This document shows, piece by piece, positions 36,385-44,997 of a DNA stretch of 64,000 nt. Under the pieces are notes generated by a model. It was not told the DNA's origin, did not search any database, and saw only the letters and a list, made by a program, of their open reading frames with translations. Source of the DNA: a virus (lineage: Duplodnaviria; Heunggongvirae; Uroviricota; Caudoviricetes); IMG/VR virus record IMGVR_UViG_3300049444_000130. One strand, written 5' to 3'. A program made the translations under genes and the position numbers. Position 1 is the first letter of the stretch, and every line of letters starts with the position of its first letter.

Positions 36385-38430
36385 ATCGCTCATAGGGGTC
36401 TCCTGTGGTGGTTGGGGGCGGGCCAGGGGGCAGCGTGCCGAGCTGGCCGGACGTGGCGCCGTAGGCGTCGAAGCATCGTGCTCCCTGCGTATATCCCTCC
36501 CCCCTCCCGTGGTAGGTCCGCCGGTGAGGGCGGTAGCGGCATACGGCGGCGAGCTGACACACGCCGTCACGCCCCCTCCCCCGGCACCGACCGTGGTACT
36601 GGCCGGCTTGCTCATACACACCACGACTTCGTAGTCAATCGCCAGGTCGGGGCGCTTGGCCTCATGCAATCGTCTGAAAAAACTTTTTTTGGCCGTGGTA
36701 TGCTGCGTGTCCTCGCCAAACAACCCGCCCTGGGTACCGTGGTGCTCGACCAGCAGCGCGTGGTGCTCGTGCAGCGTCACAAACCCGACATGCTCACACA
36801 GGGCACGCCACTGGCCGGGGAAGTCCACAATTTTGCCTGCCCGGCAGTAGGCTTTGACGACCCAGATGGCATGGCCGCCTGGCTTGAGGACGGCGTACAC
36901 CTGCGCCAGAATTTCCCGGGCTGCAGACCAGAACGTCGTGCCCTGGGCATTGCCGAGCTGGCCGGGGGAGGTGCCGTAGGTACTGTCCTTGTAGGTTTGT
37001 CCCCCGGTCCCAAAAGCGCGGGGATCGCCTTGCGCATGGCTCGGTTCCTGGTCTTCCCAGGGGGGCGAACTCACGACCGCCTCGACCCGGCCCGGAGGGA
37101 GTGCGGCGAGTTGGCCGGGGGCGAAACCATAGCCCTCGCCTTTATAATTCGCGCGATTAATGACGCCACGGTCTGTCCGTGCCCCCTGCGCCCACTGCAG
37201 GCTGGGGTCGGCTGCCTGATCGCCGCCTTTGGGCGTCAGGTTGGCATACGGCGGACTACTGACACAGCACGCTATCTCCGCCGCCTCAATGACCGCCTGC
37301 AACTGGCGCGAATCGCCCTGCAAAATTATTGGGATAGGCGCTAGGAGTTTGCCGCACGTTTTGCAGCAGTCTTCTCCTGCCGTAAGAGGCGATTGTACGC
37401 CACTCCGCACGCGAGACTCTTGCACTTGTAAAACCGAACATTCTTCCGTGTGGTCCGCAACATCTCGATCCCACAGAAATCGCATTTGATCAGGATGGGC
37501 GTGCGCCGGCGCGTCGTTTTTGCATGGTAGGATTTGAAATGTTGAAGTTGTCTCAGGCGGTGGCAGGCAGGACTGCACAGTTTCTGGTGCGGCTTCCCCA
37601 GAAACTCTTGGTGGCAAATCATGCATTGACATCGTACTAGATGTTTGATGATGCCATGAGGATGGTGGTGCTTCATGTGTTCTGAGATCGTCAGAAGTTC
37701 GAGGTTTTCTCTGCGATTGTCCTGACGATTGCCGTTGATGTGATGCACCACCTCCCCCTTCTGTAATCGGCGCCCCATCTCCTGTTCGAGAATATTGGTG
37801 TGCTCCTTGCGGTCCTTGCCGTTTGCCCGAATGTGTACGTATCCCTGTTTGTCGATGTACCTTCCGCCCTTCCAGTGTCCATTTTTCTCCTTGGCTCTGT
37901 TGCCATTGCTCGCAAGACGGCTGAGGGTTTGTTTCATCTCGTCTGACCATGGTCGCCCCTTGTTCCATGGAATTCGACATGTCTTGCTGCAATAGGGGCC
38001 GGTTGGACTTTTCTTTAACTCCGATGGGGCCCTGTGGAACGTCTTTCCGCAGGTGCGGCATTGTACTTGTGGCATGGTTACACTCACAGATATAGCGTTG
38101 AGTCCAAAGTTTTATATTGCTATCAGAGAGCGCAACAAAAGTTTTTTCTAATTCTATTCCAATCCACTGTAGTCTATGAAAAATTGCATCAATACCTCCT
38201 AGGGAACATCCCCCAAAGGGATCAATCACGGTACTCTCGCCCGGCACCAGCCAGCCCTCCGCGAGCGCATGCTGGTAGATTTTTTGTATCAGCGACCGAC
38301 TAAATTTTGCAGGGTGACTATATGCCTCATTCGTAATTAACCCATTCCATCCTTTCCCATAGCATCCTTGCCACTCATCGACCGTCGGCGCTTGTCCCAT
38401 CCCTTGCGACTCCTTCCGGGTTGCTGTCAT
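36010..38430 (-). CDS. DNA methyltransferase reading frame (motif I DPFGGCSLGG N-terminal; three SSPPY/W motif-IV-like repeats). It is interrupted by, or nested with, HNH gene 37341..38087 in another frame, and is C-terminally contiguous with the VRR-NUC gene
   Basis: The methyltransferase-like sequence before 38088 and after 37340 is meaningful (VIDPFGGCSLGG; CVSSPPYANL, VVSSPPWED, CVSSPPYAAT). The ~250 codons in between, in this frame, are low-complexity Q/S/R-rich read-through across the HNH gene. Confidence 0.4.
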   Translation of the reverse strand: MTATRKESQGMGQAPTVDEWQGCYGKGWNGLITNEAYSHPAKFSRSLIQKIYQHALAEGWLVPGESTVIDPFGGCSLGGIDAIFHRLQWIGIELEKTFVALSDSNIKLWTQRYICECNHATSTMPHLRKDVPQGPIGVKEKSNRPLLQQDMSNSMEQGATMVRRDETNPQPSCEQWQQSQGEKWTLEGRKVHRQTGIRTHSGKRQGPQGAHQYSRTGDGAPITEGGGGASHQRQSSGQSQRKPRTSDDLRTHEAPPSSWHHQTSSTMSMHDLPPRVSGEAAPETVQSCLPPPETTSTFQILPCKNDAPAHAHPDQMRFLWDRDVADHTEECSVLQVQESRVRSGVQSPLTAGEDCCKTCGKLLAPIPIILQGDSRQLQAVIEAAEIACCVSSPPYANLTPKGGDQAADPSLQWAQGARTDRGVINRANYKGEGYGFAPGQLAALPPGRVEAVVSSPPWEDQEPSHAQGDPRAFGTGGQTYKDSTYGTSPGQLGNAQGTTFWSAAREILAQVYAVLKPGGHAIWVVKAYCRAGKIVDFPGQWRALCEHVGFVTLHEHHALLVEHHGTQGGLFGEDTQHTTAKKSFFRRLHEAKRPDLAIDYEVVVCMSKPASTTVGAGGGGVTACVSSPPYAATALTGGPTTGGGRDIRREHDASTPTAPRPASSARCPLARPQPPQETPMSDDVWTPEQYHAYLEGRAVRPTLLMPLAADAPEDLLRSRTQALCKATDHLYYHARKSQGSTPGWPDAAICHRDGGPLYLWEWKRATEQPSGDQQRWLAALARVTSVEVAVYTPAHWPLIQQFLTRR
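37341..38087 (-). CDS. HNH homing endonuclease
   Basis: GYVHIRANGKDRKEHTNILEQEMGRRLQKGEVVHHINGNRQDNRRENLELLTISEHMKHH plus zinc-finger CxxC pairs. Lower GC than its neighbours. Lies inside the methyltransferase ORF in a different frame. Confidence 0.7.
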   Translation of the reverse strand: MSVTMPQVQCRTCGKTFHRAPSELKKSPTGPYCSKTCRIPWNKGRPWSDEMKQTLSRLASNGNRAKEKNGHWKGGRYIDKQGYVHIRANGKDRKEHTNILEQEMGRRLQKGEVVHHINGNRQDNRRENLELLTISEHMKHHHPHGIIKHLVRCQCMICHQEFLGKPHQKLCSPACHRLRQLQHFKSYHAKTTRRRTPILIKCDFCGIEMLRTTRKNVRFYKCKSLACGVAYNRLLRQEKTAAKRAANS

Positions 38431-38760
38431 GCGATTCCTCTTGTGGTGGCACGATCGTCACACACGCTCGACACGCCGCGATCCGCGTACTCACATGCTG
38501 CCGGCCACACGGACACAGCACATACACCGCCCCACACGCGCACTCCAGTTGCGGGGCGGGACAGGGGAGCAGGGGGATGACGAGGCGGCGGTCAGGCATG
38601 GGGTACCTCTCTTCAGGAGTCTTCCGCCATCCCGGTCTCATCGGGCGACCACGACTCCAGGTCGCCGAGAAACCCCTCGACGTGCGAATCACAATAAAAC
38701 TCCAGGCCGGCGGCTTCGTCGGGGCAGTCCGCCATGTGGGTGAGCCGCACGCCGCATGCC

Positions 38761-39741
38761 TCACACGTGTGGCTCTGCCGTGTCATGTCGCACCGCCTCG
38801 CTGGTTAAGATGCGCCATGCTGCGACTGCCACTGCTGGAACAATGCCATTGCCAAGGGCTCTAATACGGTCCACATGATGGGCCAACCGAGGAGCCACTC
38901 GGCGAACATCGGGTTCAGTAGTCCACCAAGTTGTTCGTTCAAGGGGCGAGCGTTGCGCTCCAGGGTCTCCGGTGAGGCTTTGCCCGACCGCCCGGGACTG
39001 GCGGTCGGGGTCGCAAACATCTCGGTGTTGCCGTGACTGTCGGGGACTCCCCACTTGTTCGCCCTCGGCGTTGGGAATTTCTTCACGGCCCCACTCAGCG
39101 TGTCCCACTGATATTTGCCTTTGCGTTGATAGGGGTTGTTCTTCCAGTCTGACGCTTTGATCGTAGGCCACATCTTGACTGCCCCGTCCAAACTGAGGTG
39201 TTTCTTGTCCATGGATGGCCCGGTATTGTTGCGCGGGGTAGGCCAGTATCCAAAGCCGCTTCCTGATATGGGGCGCTCCGACTTCGTCAGCCCCCAGACA
39301 GCACCAGCGTGCATCCATCCCCAACGCGGCAAGGTCTGTAAGCACTCGGGGAAGCCCTCGAACAGCGAGATCTGCGGTGTTCTCAATGAATGCGTAGCGG
39401 GGTCGTACTTCGCCAAGAATGCGGGCAAACTCTGCCCAGAGACCTGAGCGTGGGCCAGTAATACCGATTCGCTTGCCGGCCTGGGAGATATCCTGACACG
39501 GAAATCCTCCAGCGACGACATCGACGTGTCCGCGCCAGGGGATGCCGTCAAAGGTGACAACATCGTCCCAGATGGGGAAAGGGGGCAACACGCCGTCCCG
39601 TTGGCGGTGGACAAGCACATGCTGGCAGTAGGGGTCGATCTCGACGGCACACACAGGCACATGCCCGAGCAACAGGCCGGCGAGGATGCCTCCCCCGGCG
39701 CCAGCGAAGAGATGCAATTCTCTGAGGGGAGATGTCTCCAT
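38761..39741 (-). CDS. dcm: C5-cytosine DNA methyltransferase (Dcm-type)
   Basis: LFAGAGG motif I, GFPCQDIS motif IV, ENT motif VI, RLWIL and a C-terminal GNGIVPAV. GGGAG RBS. Confidence 0.8.
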   Translation of the reverse strand: METSPLRELHLFAGAGGGILAGLLLGHVPVCAVEIDPYCQHVLVHRQRDGVLPPFPIWDDVVTFDGIPWRGHVDVVAGGFPCQDISQAGKRIGITGPRSGLWAEFARILGEVRPRYAFIENTADLAVRGLPRVLTDLAALGMDARWCCLGADEVGAPHIRKRLWILAYPAQQYRAIHGQETPQFGRGSQDVAYDQSVRLEEQPLSTQRQISVGHAEWGREEIPNAEGEQVGSPRQSRQHRDVCDPDRQSRAVGQSLTGDPGAQRSPLERTTWWTTEPDVRRVAPRLAHHVDRIRALGNGIVPAVAVAAWRILTSEAVRHDTAEPHV

Positions 39742-39742
39742 G

Positions 39743-39934
39743 TCATTTCATCTCCCGTGCGACCGCCTCGTTACCGTTGACACTGGGGGTCAGCTCGGGT
39801 GCCACGTCCGCTAACGGGGCATCAGGTAGCGGGGGGTCAGGCCGGGCATGCGCGTCGAGGTGATGTGTGGACATCTCACTGAGTGTGGTGAACTGGGCAG
39901 GACAGGACCAACAGGATACGCGGATGAACGTCAT
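39743..39934 (-). CDS. small Cys-containing protein upstream of dcm
   Basis: MTFIRVSCWSCPAQF... Its stop lies 1 nt before the dcm ATG. Confidence 0.25.
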   Translation of the reverse strand: MTFIRVSCWSCPAQFTTLSEMSTHHLDAHARPDPPLPDAPLADVAPELTPSVNGNEAVAREMK

Positions 39935-40695
39935 GAGGTGACTCCTGGGGAAAAAAGTGCGACTTGGGAAGGCCGTGCAGAGGCAGTGGGCGGAAACAAT
40001 GGCAATTGTTGGTACGCGGCTGCGAGGCGGTGACAAGCGAGGGCAAAGTAGCGTGGGTCTTGTTCAATGCCGATAAACCGTCTGCCCATTTCGAGCCAAG
40101 CGATACCCGTCGTCCCGCTGCCCATAAAGGGGTCGAGAATCTGTTCACCGGGGAGACTAAACTCCCCAATCCACGCGCGCAGCAGGGCAAGCGGTTTTTC
40201 AGTGGGATGCCCGCTCGTAGTCGCGCCTTTCGGAAACGTCCATACGGCATGCTTTCCTCCACCATTCCAGAATTTCCGACCAGGCCGGTGACAGATGGCC
40301 ACCGCCTCCCAACCCGTCCCGGGCCGATCTCCCGTAAACTGCGGGGAACCATCCGGTTTCCGCCAGATGCCCAGCCGTACGAGGAGCCCAGCGGTTTCCA
40401 GGGCGTGGGCATACCGCCAGTCGCACGTAAAAATGACCCACCGCCGTGCCAGGGCCGTCCAGGTGTGCACATAGGAGACACATTCCCCCAACGATATGCC
40501 CGCAAATGGGAGAGCCTGCCCGGCAGGCTCTCCAGTGCGGAGGAGCACGGTCGCAAGGTGGTGCGCATGGGAATGCGCTGTCCCATAGGGAGGGTCAGTC
40601 ATGATGAGATCGACCGTGTCAAGGGTGGGCAGTACGGCGACACAATTTCCGCATATCAACCGGCACGCACCTATCGTCACCTCCTCAACACTCAT
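39931..40695 (-). CDS. beta-class N6-adenine/N4-cytosine DNA methyltransferase
   Basis: DLIMTDPPYG (motif IV) is N-terminal and ILDPFMGSGTTGIAW (motif I) is C-terminal. Start at MSVEEV with an AAGGAG RBS. Confidence 0.8.
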   Translation of the reverse strand: MSVEEVTIGACRLICGNCVAVLPTLDTVDLIMTDPPYGTAHSHAHHLATVLLRTGEPAGQALPFAGISLGECVSYVHTWTALARRWVIFTCDWRYAHALETAGLLVRLGIWRKPDGSPQFTGDRPGTGWEAVAICHRPGRKFWNGGGKHAVWTFPKGATTSGHPTEKPLALLRAWIGEFSLPGEQILDPFMGSGTTGIAWLEMGRRFIGIEQDPRYFALACHRLAAAYQQLPLFPPTASARPSQVALFSPGVTS

Positions 40696-40890
40696 GAGGT
40701 GACTCCTTCTGGCTTGTGCCACGCCTGCCACGCAAACCCCACACAGCCAGCCTGCACATGGGGGTGCTCACACATTATGGGATGAGGCAGCCCATGACAG
40801 AGACACCGTTGGCGCAGGAGCGGCATGACCCGGGCCTCGAAGGCCCGGATGGTCATCGGGGTCGCCGCGTACACGGCACACAGGGCACAG

Positions 40891-41106
40891 TTAGGCTGTC
40901 GCATCGTCCACCTCCCGCAGCCAGGCTCTGATCTGGCGAAACGCTTCTTGCCCGGTCGTCACCCGCGCCACCCGCAGGTCCGTCCCCAGGTCCCGGGCCA
41001 GGGTGGGGGCTCGGGAGAGCATCGCCCAGCCGTCGTGGGGCCACAGGGCGACGAGAAAGGCGGGGGCGGGTCCCAGGGGCTCCGGATCATTCGCGGGAGT
41101 CAGCAT
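40891..41106 (-). CDS. small hypothetical protein
   Basis: AGGAGG RBS. 71 aa. Confidence 0.3.
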   Translation of the reverse strand: MLTPANDPEPLGPAPAFLVALWPHDGWAMLSRAPTLARDLGTDLRVARVTTGQEAFRQIRAWLREVDDATA

Positions 41107-41350
41107 GGGACACCTCCTGGGGGCGCTGGGTCGCTGCATGATGGCACAGGATCGCCCGATCAATCGCGCGCACGAGGTGACTATTGCTCGACTCACTCAC
41201 GTGCAGGATGGCGCGGGCCATGACAGACCACAGCTCGGGGGTCGCCCGGCCACTCATGAAGAGGCTACATACTGCCGCGACATAGTGGTCAGGGCCGAGG
41301 GCGTGGAACACGGCCAGGTCGTCGGGGGTCAAGTCGTCAGGGATGGACAT
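41087..41350 (-). CDS. small hypothetical protein
   Basis: AAGGAG RBS. 87 aa. Confidence 0.35.
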   Translation of the reverse strand: MSIPDDLTPDDLAVFHALGPDHYVAAVCSLFMSGRATPELWSVMARAILHVSESSNSHLVRAIDRAILCHHAATQRPQEVSHADSRE

Positions 41351-41362
41351 TGGGGGCTCCTT

Positions 41363-42094
41363 CTAGCTGCTGGGATGCAAGAGCCGGACTTGCTGGGGTT
41401 TGCGTTGCTCATGGCGGAGCCACGCGGCCAGTGCGGCTAAGGGATAGCCGTTCTCATCGGTCCAGGATTGTCCGTACACGGGGACTTTCGGGACGTGAAG
41501 GCCATTCTCCAGGCAAAAGTCCTTGAGCCAGCGGCTATAGGCCGCAAAGTGACTGCGGGGGAATTGACGCAGCAGCCCATTTTTTAGCACGAACTCTTCC
41601 AGAGTCATCCGGTGCGCGTCTTCGAGCGCGAGGTCCGCTTTCGTCTCTGCGATCGTGGCGACGTGTTTGGCCTCTGCCGCAAGGGCGCGGGCCTCGTCCA
41701 GTTGCATGGCCATGTCGATGAGCATCTGAATGGCGGGGTCCCGGACCTTGGGATGCGTGCTCTGGCTAAGGGAGAACTGTCCGGTTTTGCGGATCTGCGG
41801 CAGAACAGTTACAAAGACCCAATCTTGAAAATGCTTCGCTTCAGGTTTGTTGCTCCGAAAGATCAGTCGATACAATCCAGGCTCATTAATGAGCAGCAAT
41901 CGATGGGGCATGCCATCCTCAGAAAAACTGAGGATGGTTGATTCTGAAGGAGAAAGGCGTGCGACAACCTCACTGGGATTGGTCAGCCCCAACGTTGCAC
42001 ACACGTCTTTCGCAATCCACCAAGGATGCCCCTCGTTATCGACCTGGACACGAATGGCATGTTCCCCATACTGAAAAGGAATAATGTTTGACAC
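41363..42094 (-). CDS. phage antirepressor (Bro-N domain + ANT/KilA-C-like)
   Basis: MSNIIPFQYGEHAIRVQVDNEGHPWWIAKDVCATLGL is Bro-N. Sits immediately downstream of the Cro-like gene. Confidence 0.65.
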   Translation of the reverse strand: MSNIIPFQYGEHAIRVQVDNEGHPWWIAKDVCATLGLTNPSEVVARLSPSESTILSFSEDGMPHRLLLINEPGLYRLIFRSNKPEAKHFQDWVFVTVLPQIRKTGQFSLSQSTHPKVRDPAIQMLIDMAMQLDEARALAAEAKHVATIAETKADLALEDAHRMTLEEFVLKNGLLRQFPRSHFAAYSRWLKDFCLENGLHVPKVPVYGQSWTDENGYPLAALAAWLRHEQRKPQQVRLLHPSS

Positions 42095-42313
42095 TTACGC
42101 TCCTTCGACGCTGGCTGGCGTGACGGCCAACTCAGGATCAATGTCAATGGCCGCGACGTTCAGTGCCCGGGCAATCTCTTTCAACGTGTCAAGCGGGAGG
42201 GTGGCACTCTGTTCCCAACGCCACACGGTTGCTGGATCAACGCCAAGGGCACGAGCGAACGCAACACGACTGACGCCACGGGCTTCGCGGAGTGCTTTGA
42301 GACAATTGGACAT
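42095..42313 (-). CDS. Cro-like XRE HTH regulator
   Basis: 72 aa: LKALREARGVSRVAFARALGVDPATVWRWEQS. Confidence 0.6.
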   Translation of the reverse strand: MSNCLKALREARGVSRVAFARALGVDPATVWRWEQSATLPLDTLKEIARALNVAAIDIDPELAVTPASVEGA

Positions 42314-42489
42314 CGGGAAACCTCCGTTGCATAGAGTGCAATAACAGAAGCCATTCTACAGGATCATTGCATGCCTTGCAACGTTTTTCCTCACAGAAAT
42401 CTCACTTGCATTGCACATCAAGCAACGGTATATTTGGTAGCATTGCATCATTTACAATGGATATCGTGCAGGGAGGGAATGGACGTCAG
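42314..42489. promoter_or_regulatory. divergent switch region with repeated TTGCA(T)/ATGCAA operator-like half-sites
   Basis: gttgcatagagtgcaat, cattgcatgccttgcaacg, cttgcattgcac and gcattgcatc lie between the divergent XRE genes. Confidence 0.5.
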
Positions 42490-42927
42490 ATGGATGCGAT
42501 TCGCAGGGTGTTTGGGGCGCGGGTACGGACATTGCGGGAAGCAAAAGGATGGGAGTTGGACGATTTAGCTGCACGACTTGGTAAGTCCCGGTCGAGTATG
42601 TCGCGCATCGAAACGGGCAAACAGAATTTAACATTGAGGGCCATTGCGGCCATTGCGACGGCTTTAGATGTGTCGGTCCCTTTCCTCTTTGGCGCTGCTG
42701 AGCCGCTTGTGACACCCCCCGTGGTGGCGGGCATTCTCACGCGAGCCGAGCGTCTGCATACGACCCTGGAACATGCTTTCCAGGATGCAACCGCGTTGAA
42801 AGAAGCGTTAGTCCCTTTCCAAGACCCCCCCCAGTCCAAAGAGCAATATTCAGGCCTGGAAGAATCTGAACTCCTAGACGACTTCTTCGCGGTCGATGCC
42901 TTCACCCGCTGCGTCCTCACCTCCTAG
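42490..42927 (+). CDS. CI-like XRE repressor
   Basis: MDAIRRVFGARVRTLREAKGWELDDLAARLGKSRSSMSRIETGKQNLTL plus a C-terminal domain. The track ORF starts at 42367. Confidence 0.55.
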   Translation: MDAIRRVFGARVRTLREAKGWELDDLAARLGKSRSSMSRIETGKQNLTLRAIAAIATALDVSVPFLFGAAEPLVTPPVVAGILTRAERLHTTLEHAFQDATALKEALVPFQDPPQSKEQYSGLEESELLDDFFAVDAFTRCVLTS

Positions 42928-43109
42928 TCATGCGACCCCTTGACAGCCCCTCCCCTCTGCCTCTAGCACACCCCCCGCGTCTGTGCCGTGCGCCTCCCCC
43001 CATGCCGCCTGTATGCGTGCCCCCTGTTGCCCGGGCCTGCAGGGGTCGATAGAGCCCGCGTGTCGCGTGTCGTCTTGCGTGCCGTCTTGCGTGCCGTCTG
43101 GAGGTCGCT

Positions 43110-43982
43110 ATGAAGACGTTACCGGATCTCTGTGCCGCCTATCTGGCCGAAACGTTCTTGAATCACGAGCCATCTACGCATTATCAGCAAACGCGCTTTT
43201 TTGCGGGGCTCATCGCCGACCTGGGCGCCCTGCCGCTCCCCGAGGTCACCCCAGACGTGCTGCGGGCTTGGAAGGGCCGGCTGGCCCTGCGGCACAAACC
43301 GGCGACCGTGTACCGCTACATGATGTTTCTGGGGGCCGCCTTGCGCTACGGCGTGGAGTGCGGTTGGCTGGCGAGAGATCCTATGCGCCGTATCCGCAAG
43401 CCCTCGCCGGGGCGCGGTCGGGTGCGTTTTCTGACCACGCCTGAGCGTCAGCGGCTCTTACTCGCCTGCCGGATGAGCCGACAGCCCCTCCTGTATCCCC
43501 TCGTGGTCCTGGCGTTGGCGACGGGCGGCAGGAAAGAAGAGCTGCGACAGCTCCGCTGGCCCGAGGTCGATTTTGCGGCGGGGGTCGTGCGTTTCCTCAA
43601 GACCAAAACCCATGCGCCGCGTAGCGTGCCGCTCGTGGGCGAAGCGCGGACATTGCTGGAGCAGTTGGCCCAGCGGAAACGCCCGGCAGAGGTGTGGGTA
43701 TTTGCGCGGCCAGATGGGCAACAGCCGATTGAGATGGAGAGTGCGTGGCGGACGGCGCGGACGTTGGCCCAGGTGGACCAGTTTCCCTTTCATGCCCTGC
43801 GGCATACGTATGCCTCGTACCTCGCGATGAGTGGGGCCAGTTTGCGGACCATCGCGGAGTTACTGGGGCATGCCAAGATCACCCAAACGATGGTGTATAC
43901 GCATATGTTAGAAAGTCATACAACAGGGGCGGTAGAGAAAATGTATCGATGGTTGCGCGAGAAGGAGGAGCCGGGGCCGTGA
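43110..43982 (+). CDS. int: tyrosine recombinase / phage integrase
   Basis: An N-terminal SAM-like region, then HALRHTYASYLAMSGASLRTIAELLGHAKITQTMVYTHM (the R..H..Y catalytic box). Confidence 0.8.
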   Translation: MKTLPDLCAAYLAETFLNHEPSTHYQQTRFFAGLIADLGALPLPEVTPDVLRAWKGRLALRHKPATVYRYMMFLGAALRYGVECGWLARDPMRRIRKPSPGRGRVRFLTTPERQRLLLACRMSRQPLLYPLVVLALATGGRKEELRQLRWPEVDFAAGVVRFLKTKTHAPRSVPLVGEARTLLEQLAQRKRPAEVWVFARPDGQQPIEMESAWRTARTLAQVDQFPFHALRHTYASYLAMSGASLRTIAELLGHAKITQTMVYTHMLESHTTGAVEKMYRWLREKEEPGP

Positions 43983-44305
43983 CACCCCGGCGTGTGTTAG
44001 TCCGTGCTGGCGACAAAGCGGACAGTAGACAGGCGTTGCGCGAGCTGCCCGAGGGTAAAATGATCCTTGTGCCGCCGCCAGAAACCCGCACAACAGAGCG
44101 GCCGGCGGAGCGGGGAATGATGGCAAATGCGATAGCCGGTAAAGAATTGGGAGCAGTGGGGATCTGCTATCTCGGCTTCCAGGTCGGAGAGATTCAGGGG
44201 CGACTCCGTGCGATAGATGCAGGTCGTACAGGGGGACTGTTGCACGTCGAACATGGGGCGTCCTTTCTGGGGGCCGGGGTATCCCTACCCCGGCGGGGGT
44301 GGTTA

Positions 44306-44632
44306 CTAGCGGCCCCCAGTGGGGTCCCTGTCCTTGGGAAGACACTGATACCGCATGTCCCATAGGCCCAGCGTGCTGGCAGGGACATCGGCAGCGGCAA
44401 ATGTGCCTGCGACATTCCCGGCGGCGTGATCGTGTGCGAGGCGGGTGGTGATGGCCTCCTCACACGCGGCGGCAGTCTCATAGAGGGTGACAATCCCCCA
44501 GGCAGCATGCGGCGTTGGGGCGGGGTCTCCCTCGCAGCGTATGCGGGTATCGGGGAGCGGTGTACAACGCATGGGGAGCGGTTGTTGCCAGAGCACCCAG
44601 GCGCAACTGAGCAGAATGAAGGTGTGGTTCAT
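44306..44632 (-). CDS. secreted/lipoprotein-like hypothetical protein
   Basis: AAGGAG RBS. MNHTFILLSCAWVLW is a signal peptide with a lipobox-like LLSC. Confidence 0.35.
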   Translation of the reverse strand: MNHTFILLSCAWVLWQQPLPMRCTPLPDTRIRCEGDPAPTPHAAWGIVTLYETAAACEEAITTRLAHDHAAGNVAGTFAAADVPASTLGLWDMRYQCLPKDRDPTGGR

Positions 44633-44682
44633 AGGGGCTCCTTGAGAGAAGCCGGGGCGGTGATACCCCGGCAGTGTGGTGG

Positions 44683-44940
44683 TTAGGAGCGCGCGGCGTC
44701 CGCCCGGTCTTCGAGCTCCGCCAGGGATGCATCGCATTGGTCGATGTCAGCCAGCAGCGTCGGGGGCAGGGCGCCCAGTGCGGTACGGGCGGCCCGCACC
44801 GCGAGCACCACGCTCATCATGTCCTGCCAGGTGGTCGCACTCTCGGTATACAGGGTCTCGGCCAGCTCCTCCACATAGCGGAGGGATTCCACGATATCCT
44901 GCCAGCCCTGGTGCAAATCAAGCAACGGAAATTCCGCCAT
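44683..44940 (-). CDS. small hypothetical protein (cassette array)
   Basis: AAGGAG RBS. A hairpin lies upstream. Confidence 0.35.
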   Translation of the reverse strand: MAEFPLLDLHQGWQDIVESLRYVEELAETLYTESATTWQDMMSVVLAVRAARTALGALPPTLLADIDQCDASLAELEDRADAARS

Positions 44941-44997
44941 GGTCGGGCTCCTTGCTGGTGAGTGAAGGGGGGTCTCGCTCCCCCCGGTGATGGTGCG

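Larger units (their letters stand above)
1..44000. mobile_element. temperate phage (prophage or phage-plasmid) segment: tail, late and early regions, switch and integrase; left end lies outside the window
   Basis: Gene content and order as listed above. Confidence 0.6.

Noticed and set aside
38805-39746. 313-aa alternative-frame ORF overlapping the Dcm gene on the same strand
   Set aside because: The Dcm frame carries all canonical C5-methyltransferase motifs. The alternative frame is Ser/Pro-rich filler.
43982-44700. Looked for a tRNA or att core immediately 3' of the integrase
   Set aside because: No convincing cloverleaf-like sequence or obvious direct repeat could be identified by eye. 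Cannot be excluded without tRNA-scan and flank comparison.
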